Shown piece by piece: positions 27,337 to 32,000 of a stretch of DNA of 32,000 nt. The stretch spans positions 58,213 to 90,212 of the forward strand of contig JAUWKS010000006.1 of the NCBI GenBank assembly GCA_030614005.1. The letters run 5' to 3'. The first letter of the stretch is position 1. The number at the start of each line of letters is the position of its first letter. Both the position numbers and the translations under genes were made by a program. Source of the stretch: Candidatus Heimdallarchaeota archaeon. Lineage in GTDB: Archaea > Asgardarchaeota > Heimdallarchaeia > JABLTI01. The notes below the pieces were generated by a model. The model had not been told where the DNA came from. It made no database searches and worked only from the letters and a program-made list of their open reading frames with translations.

Positions 27337-27903
27337 ATGTCTGTTAAAATTTTCATTGCAGGTGATTTACATATCCCCTCTCGAGCAGCTATGTTGCATC
27401 CCCATTTTGAAGACATTCTTCTTCAACAGCAATGGGACTATATTGTTTTAACAGGAGATTTAACGATTCCTTCTGTTCTTCATCGATTTGAAAAGCTAGT
27501 TTCCTCGCCAAAAAAATTAATTGTTGCCAAGGGAAATATGGATCAGATGACTCTTCCACTCAAACCTACTTTTGAAATTAATTCACTACGTTTGGGTGCT
27601 TATCATGGGACGGATATTAACCCGCGTGGAGATATTCTACAGCTTAAGATAGTTGCAGAAGAGATGGGTGTAAAAATCCTTTTCACAGGACATTCGCACA
27701 AAACTTTCATTCATTCCGATAATGAACACATTATCCTTAACCCAGGTACCTCTACAGGAGCTTCTGGTGGAACTTCATGGTCAGTTGATACAGCATTAAT
27801 TACAATGGAAATTAATTTTGATAAATCAGTTATTTCCCTAAACTGGCTGAAAGTTAATAATAAAGGAAAATTAGAGATTGAAAAAATAACGATCAATCTC
27901 TAA
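27337..27903 (+). CDS. Vps29-like / MJ0936-YfcE family metallophosphoesterase
   Basis: GDLHIPSR, LTGDL, KGNMD, YHGTDINPRGD, LFTGHSH, LNPGTSTGA. The ATG at 27337 is preferred over the GTG at 27325. Confidence 0.88.
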   Translation: MSVKIFIAGDLHIPSRAAMLHPHFEDILLQQQWDYIVLTGDLTIPSVLHRFEKLVSSPKKLIVAKGNMDQMTLPLKPTFEINSLRLGAYHGTDINPRGDILQLKIVAEEMGVKILFTGHSHKTFIHSDNEHIILNPGTSTGASGGTSWSVDTALITMEINFDKSVISLNWLKVNNKGKLEIEKITINL

Positions 27904-27927
27904 TAAATTATTACTTTTAGTGCAAGA

Positions 27928-29598
27928 TTATTTTCTTTTCTTCTGTCTTACTTTACTAACAATTGTTATTAGAGCCATTGCTGTTAAAGTAACTTCCAAT
28001 ATTGGTAAAGGAACAATGTTGGTATTTTCAGAACCAGTAAATTTGGGTGTGTAAATGCCTGCTATTGATGTAAAGTTAAGTGTTGCTGTTGTAACTTTAT
28101 TTAATGAAACATCAAATACTTCTACAAAATAATAGTAAAGATGTTCAATATTTTCATCATGCTCTACAGGGATAATGCCGGAAAAGGTTCTACCAGAAGG
28201 TGAAAATTGAATCATTTCCACCACTGAGAGAACATCATCACCTTTGTAATAATAGAGATAGGCAGTTAGATCATCATTATGCCAGTAATCATCTTCTATT
28301 CCAATAGTAATTGTTACTTCATTAACATCTAATGGAATGCCTTCTGGATACCAATCTGTAACATCAGTAATCCCGTAGATATTAGGAGGACGAGTATCTT
28401 CTATTTCAATTTCTTGCCAAAGAATTATTGGATCCTCATACATTGGAACAAAGGTAATAGTAATATTATTTGTACCTAATGGCATATCCAACTCATCATA
28501 GTAGAATAAAAAGCTCCATGCACCAGTTATCGAATTTATGGTTACACTAAACTCACAACCTGAACCATAGGTGTCATCCCAACCGGAACTATGGATCCGA
28601 ATATCGGTATTCTGAAAATCATCGTAGACTTTTCCAGTAATAAGCAATGACTCTGATATCGATTCTGGTATGGTGTTGAATGTTAATTCAGCGGGATCAT
28701 TTGCTATTGCAATTTTAAATGAGCTATAACCAAAGTAATCATATATTGTGTGATGATTATTTCTAATTCTTAGATAAAATGTTAATTCATCGCCAACAAA
28801 ATCTAAAGCATAATCATCCGTTTTGGAAGTATCTAATGGTCTCTTAAATTCCATTATATATTGTTCATTGCTATATGTCCAATTCATTGATACATCCGCT
28901 TGGCTCGCTGTTGGAGTGATCAATCCCTTATTGTACCATCCATCAATTAACGTGCTGTTTGGAATTGCTGCATAATCAACAATTGGGGACCAATTATTAT
29001 AATAAACAGGTTTTGCATTCCAATAAAGGGATTCTGTGTCATTAGAGTTAATCAAATAAGGAGTTAAGCCTGTGTCTGGATTTCCTTCATAATCACATTC
29101 ATGAACGTAGCCATCAGTGGTTCTATTAGATGCTGTCCAAATCCAGAAATCCCCTTTCGTTATGTTATCACTTGGAGCGAACCCCATATACGCCATGTCA
29201 TCTACTCCATCCATTGGATACCAAGCCGCATCGTCATCATCGACCATTCCTGTTTTATTCCAAGTAAATATTGTATCATTGAAAGAGATATCTTCCCAAG
29301 ATAAACCAACAAAAACATAATTAGTGTCATATGCAAGGTAAACATTTGCACCTGCTAGCAGCTCGCTTTCAATTCCTTCTGTCTCCCAATCACTAAGATT
29401 ACCATCTAAAATAAATTCCGCATTTGTAAATTGAGCTAATATCCCACTATCACCAATCGGATCACCTAAAGCATCACTAGAAATAGGTTTAGATTGGTCA
29501 CCCTTTTCTGCCCTTATGTAAATATTCTCATTTTTAAAACTCATAGAGAATATTACTAGTACAACCAATATACTCGAGATAATTGTTGTCTTTCGCAT
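27928..29598 (-). CDS. Cell-surface protein: signal peptide, DOMON/EB_dh-like domain, Ig-like repeats, C-terminal TM anchor
   Basis: N-terminal signal peptide; ILDGNLSDWE, DFWIWTASNRT..GY and YIMEFKRPLDT...DDY motifs; beta-rich C-terminal half; terminal hydrophobic helix followed by RQKKRK; many N-x-S/T sequons. Confidence 0.65.
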   Translation of the reverse strand: MRKTTIISSILVVLVIFSMSFKNENIYIRAEKGDQSKPISSDALGDPIGDSGILAQFTNAEFILDGNLSDWETEGIESELLAGANVYLAYDTNYVFVGLSWEDISFNDTIFTWNKTGMVDDDDAAWYPMDGVDDMAYMGFAPSDNITKGDFWIWTASNRTTDGYVHECDYEGNPDTGLTPYLINSNDTESLYWNAKPVYYNNWSPIVDYAAIPNSTLIDGWYNKGLITPTASQADVSMNWTYSNEQYIMEFKRPLDTSKTDDYALDFVGDELTFYLRIRNNHHTIYDYFGYSSFKIAIANDPAELTFNTIPESISESLLITGKVYDDFQNTDIRIHSSGWDDTYGSGCEFSVTINSITGAWSFLFYYDELDMPLGTNNITITFVPMYEDPIILWQEIEIEDTRPPNIYGITDVTDWYPEGIPLDVNEVTITIGIEDDYWHNDDLTAYLYYYKGDDVLSVVEMIQFSPSGRTFSGIIPVEHDENIEHLYYYFVEVFDVSLNKVTTATLNFTSIAGIYTPKFTGSENTNIVPLPILEVTLTAMALITIVSKVRQKKRK

Positions 29599-29865
29599 TT
29601 TTCTCTCTCCATAAATGCTTGAAATTAATCTATTGTTCTTTTGTTATTTAAAAAAATTGTTAAGTTGAGTATTTTTAAGCTAAAAACCATCCTCATAAGA
29701 TTTTTATGTGAAAAACACAGACTACTTTTCTATTGAACAAGGTCTCTCTATGTAATATCTCAATAGAGCTGAGAATATTCATTGTATTAAAGATAGCTTT
29801 CAGCTAATAATACTGTTAGATAGCATAAGTAATAATGCTGGAAGTATGCCGAGGTGAACAAATCT

Positions 29866-30369
29866 ATGAAAAACGAACATGCAGATTTAGATAGAGTCGC
29901 GAATACGCTGGATGCTAGTTCCACAATTGGATATTTCATGGGTTCTTACAAAGATGTTCTTGGAGTTGGTGTTTTCAATCTATTTGGTGGATCACTATTC
30001 TCAAGTGCAAAGGACTCTAATGGAGATCTTGGATTAGCTGCATTCAAATCTTTGTTGGGTTTAGTTGGAAGTCAAATTGATTATATCTTACCTGCAGAAG
30101 CTAATGTCCAATTTATCGCTCCAAATGATATTCTCGTTGGAGTTTCAAAAATCAGTACTGATAAAATTATGGCTGTTGTTCTCAGTCGAGAAGCACAATT
30201 GTCTGCTATTATTCCAAATTTGATTAAGATTGCCAAAATGCTTCAAGGTATGTCTATAAAAGTAAATGCTCTTTCCAATACAAAATGTATGGAATATTGT
30301 AATATGACTATGGCTTCACAATCTAATCCTAAACAACGCAAAAATCTTATCAAAAGATTTGGTGCTTAA
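29866..30369 (+). CDS. Roadblock/LC7- or longin/profilin-like fold protein
   Basis: Helix, beta-hairpin (VLGVGVFNLFGGSLFSS), helix, three strands (VQFIAPNDILVGVSKISTDKIMAVVL), helix. SD GAGGTGA at 29851-29857 supports the ATG at 29866. The fold is assigned by pattern only. Confidence 0.55.
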   Translation: MKNEHADLDRVANTLDASSTIGYFMGSYKDVLGVGVFNLFGGSLFSSAKDSNGDLGLAAFKSLLGLVGSQIDYILPAEANVQFIAPNDILVGVSKISTDKIMAVVLSREAQLSAIIPNLIKIAKMLQGMSIKVNALSNTKCMEYCNMTMASQSNPKQRKNLIKRFGA

Positions 30370-30577
30370 ACAAGGAAGGCACCATCTTTCATTCTTTTAG
30401 CGTTTTTTTTTAATTAGCAACGACTTTTTGAATATATATTAGTAAAAATTTAATCTCCGTATAACCAAAAAGATTTTAATGTTATGAAAAAAGAAAAGGA
30501 GAAGCAAAGATAGGTAAAAAGTTAAAAACAGTAAATATTGCTTATTATCTATACTGAAGTGAAAAAAGGTTATCATA

Positions 30578-32000
30578 ATGTCAAGTCGGAAAAGCAACGT
30601 GATTATCATCTTCACAATAATGCTAATCGCAATGAATCTAATCGCAGTAACGCAAATGATTGCCACAAACAACAACCAATTTGATGGCGATAGTAACCCA
30701 TACTCTTTGGCAGATACTTCAAATGAAGCAATCTTGCCCGAAAATCCCTCCTTGGAAGCAAATGAGATTCCATCTTTAAAAAACTGGGATTTATCGATAA
30801 ATACAACTCGTATAATAAGACATTACGATTTTGGATATTTAACAATTAATGATAATATTACACTTATCAACAATGATAATCTTTCTCTTCCAATATTCCG
30901 ATTTGCTATTCCACAACATTTGGTAGTAAATTTAGTTGAAATTTCTGCAGGTTCAATGTGGGTTGAGTCTAATGTTGAATTGAATTCTACAAATGTTGAG
31001 GTCGAATACCAAGATGGGAATTTCACCTATTATGTTATGGCACTCAATCCAGTAGTGAATAATGATTCTTTATATAAAATTCAAATTCACCAAACATATC
31101 TACGGCCATATGAAGTTTTTGTATTTGTATCTGATGCCTACGTTTACAATGGAATAAAAATGAATGTTAGTAGAATGCTATTTCTCTCTTTACCCATTCA
31201 AACTGCTAGGACCACTTTCTTAAAAGCAGATGAGACAGGACAAATAATTAGCTCACTAATCTATCCAAATGAACTTGCAACAATTGGTGATGCTTCCGTA
31301 ACTTTCAATCCAATCTATAATGTTCCTGCTTATAATTTTTCAAATGCGTATGAATCTAATTCAGATGATTACACATACAAAGTTCAAATCGCTGGACTTA
31401 CATCCTATACTACACCAATTGAAGCAACGAATTACAAAAGGACAATTACAATTGATAATTGGTATTATGCTCATATTCAAGAGGAAATTGAAATTGAGAA
31501 TTTTGGTGTCTTTCCTGATGGAGCTTTTTGGGATCTTACTGATAGTAGGATTTGGGCATCATTTGCATTGAAACAACTCTACATCGGTGTTGATAATGCA
31601 GAAAATGTCAAAGTATATGATGAGTATGGTTCATTACCTCCCAAAAGTACCTCTGATCCATTAGTACAATTGAATCGAATTAACATTTATCTCAGATATC
31701 CTGTTTATGGTGGCGGAAAAGTTTCCTTTAATATTGATTACACAATTAAGCTTGAAGATATGCTCCAATTCGAAAAGAATGAATTTATTTTAGATTATTC
31801 AGGAATACCCGAATTACCATTCCATGTGAGAAATTACGAATTAACAGTAAAGCTCCCACAGGGAAGTAATGTTCAATATGTTTTATTTGGAGACAGACCA
31901 ACAGATTATGAACACTATAAAACACCAGTATTCTTACGAATTGGTCAAAGAGAAACAATCTCTTTAACAAAAACCAATCTAACATCATTCGAAAATGTGA
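30578..32000 (+). CDS. Ribophorin I (OST1) homologue, oligosaccharyltransferase accessory subunit; 3' end outside the window
   Basis: Manual translation from ATG 30578 gives 474 codons with no stop. Signal peptide, then PIEATNYKRTITIDNWYYAHIQEEIEIEN, VYDEYGSL, LRYPVYGGGKVSFNIDY and LTVKLPQGS, matching the ribophorin I motifs RTIEVSHWGNIAVEE, YYRDEIGN, PRFPLFGGWKTHYIVGY and VKIILPEGA. Confidence 0.85.
   Translation, partial: MSSRKSNVIIIFTIMLIAMNLIAVTQMIATNNNQFDGDSNPYSLADTSNEAILPENPSLEANEIPSLKNWDLSINTTRIIRHYDFGYLTINDNITLINNDNLSLPIFRFAIPQHLVVNLVEISAGSMWVESNVELNSTNVEVEYQDGNFTYYVMALNPVVNNDSLYKIQIHQTYLRPYEVFVFVSDAYVYNGIKMNVSRMLFLSLPIQTARTTFLKADETGQIISSLIYPNELATIGDASVTFNPIYNVPAYNFSNAYESNSDDYTYKVQIAGLTSYTTPIEATNYKRTITIDNWYYAHIQEEIEIENFGVFPDGAFWDLTDSRIWASFALKQLYIGVDNAENVKVYDEYGSLPPKSTSDPLVQLNRINIYLRYPVYGGGKVSFNIDYTIKLEDMLQFEKNEFILDYSGIPELPFHVRNYELTVKLPQGSNVQYVLFGDRPTDYEHYKTPVFLRIGQRETISLTKTNLTSFENV

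Noticed and set aside
29720-29820. Overlapping short hairpins (CTCTAT/ATAGAG, AATATCTCA/TGAGAATATT, TAGCT/AGCTA) in the divergent promoter gap
   Set aside because: Short AT-rich stems expected by chance, with no recognisable motif.
1-32000. Short overlapping ORFs of 60-160 aa in the track (e.g. 281..463, 8607..8948, 10886..11311, 12605..12958, 14518..14814, 22868..23344, 31320..31571)
   Set aside because: They lie antisense to or out of frame within well-supported genes and have no motifs.
1-32000. CRISPR arrays, transposases, integrases, att sites at the two tRNAs, defence systems
   Set aside because: No regularly spaced repeats, no such ORFs and no duplicated tRNA 3' ends were noticed on reading.

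Overview
AT-rich archaeal chromosomal window, most likely from an Asgard archaeon (Heimdallarchaeia-like). The taxon is inferred from archaeal information-processing genes occurring together with a ribophorin I homologue, a roadblock-like protein and a Vps29-like protein; no database search was run. The core content is an exosome/ribosome-biogenesis operon (sdo1-rrp4-rrp41-rrp42-rpl37ae-Brix-pcc1-rps30e) plus elp3, ileS, argS, EF-1beta, ftsZ, tRNA-Arg(CCT) with a 40-nt BHB intron, and tRNA-Gln(TTG). Also present are a split ThiP/FbpB-type ABC importer, iPGM, a REC-PAS-PAS-GAF protein, an ICMT/PEMT-family protein and several small membrane or zinc-finger hypotheticals. Two genes cut by the window edges are missed or truncated in the ORF track: a DAG-kinase-family gene at the left edge and a ribophorin I (OST1) homologue from 30578 to the right edge. 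The most unusual items are a ~240-nt non-coding, pseudoknot-capable structured element just upstream of the exosome operon, a Cdc48-N-domain/vWA fusion protein, a 69-aa Lys/Asp/Glu-rich tail on Rrp41, a plant/trypanosomatid-type iPGM, a bacterial IleRS2-type ileS, and a group of eukaryote-signature-like genes near ftsZ. No CRISPR array, transposase, integrase, rRNA or defence system was seen.
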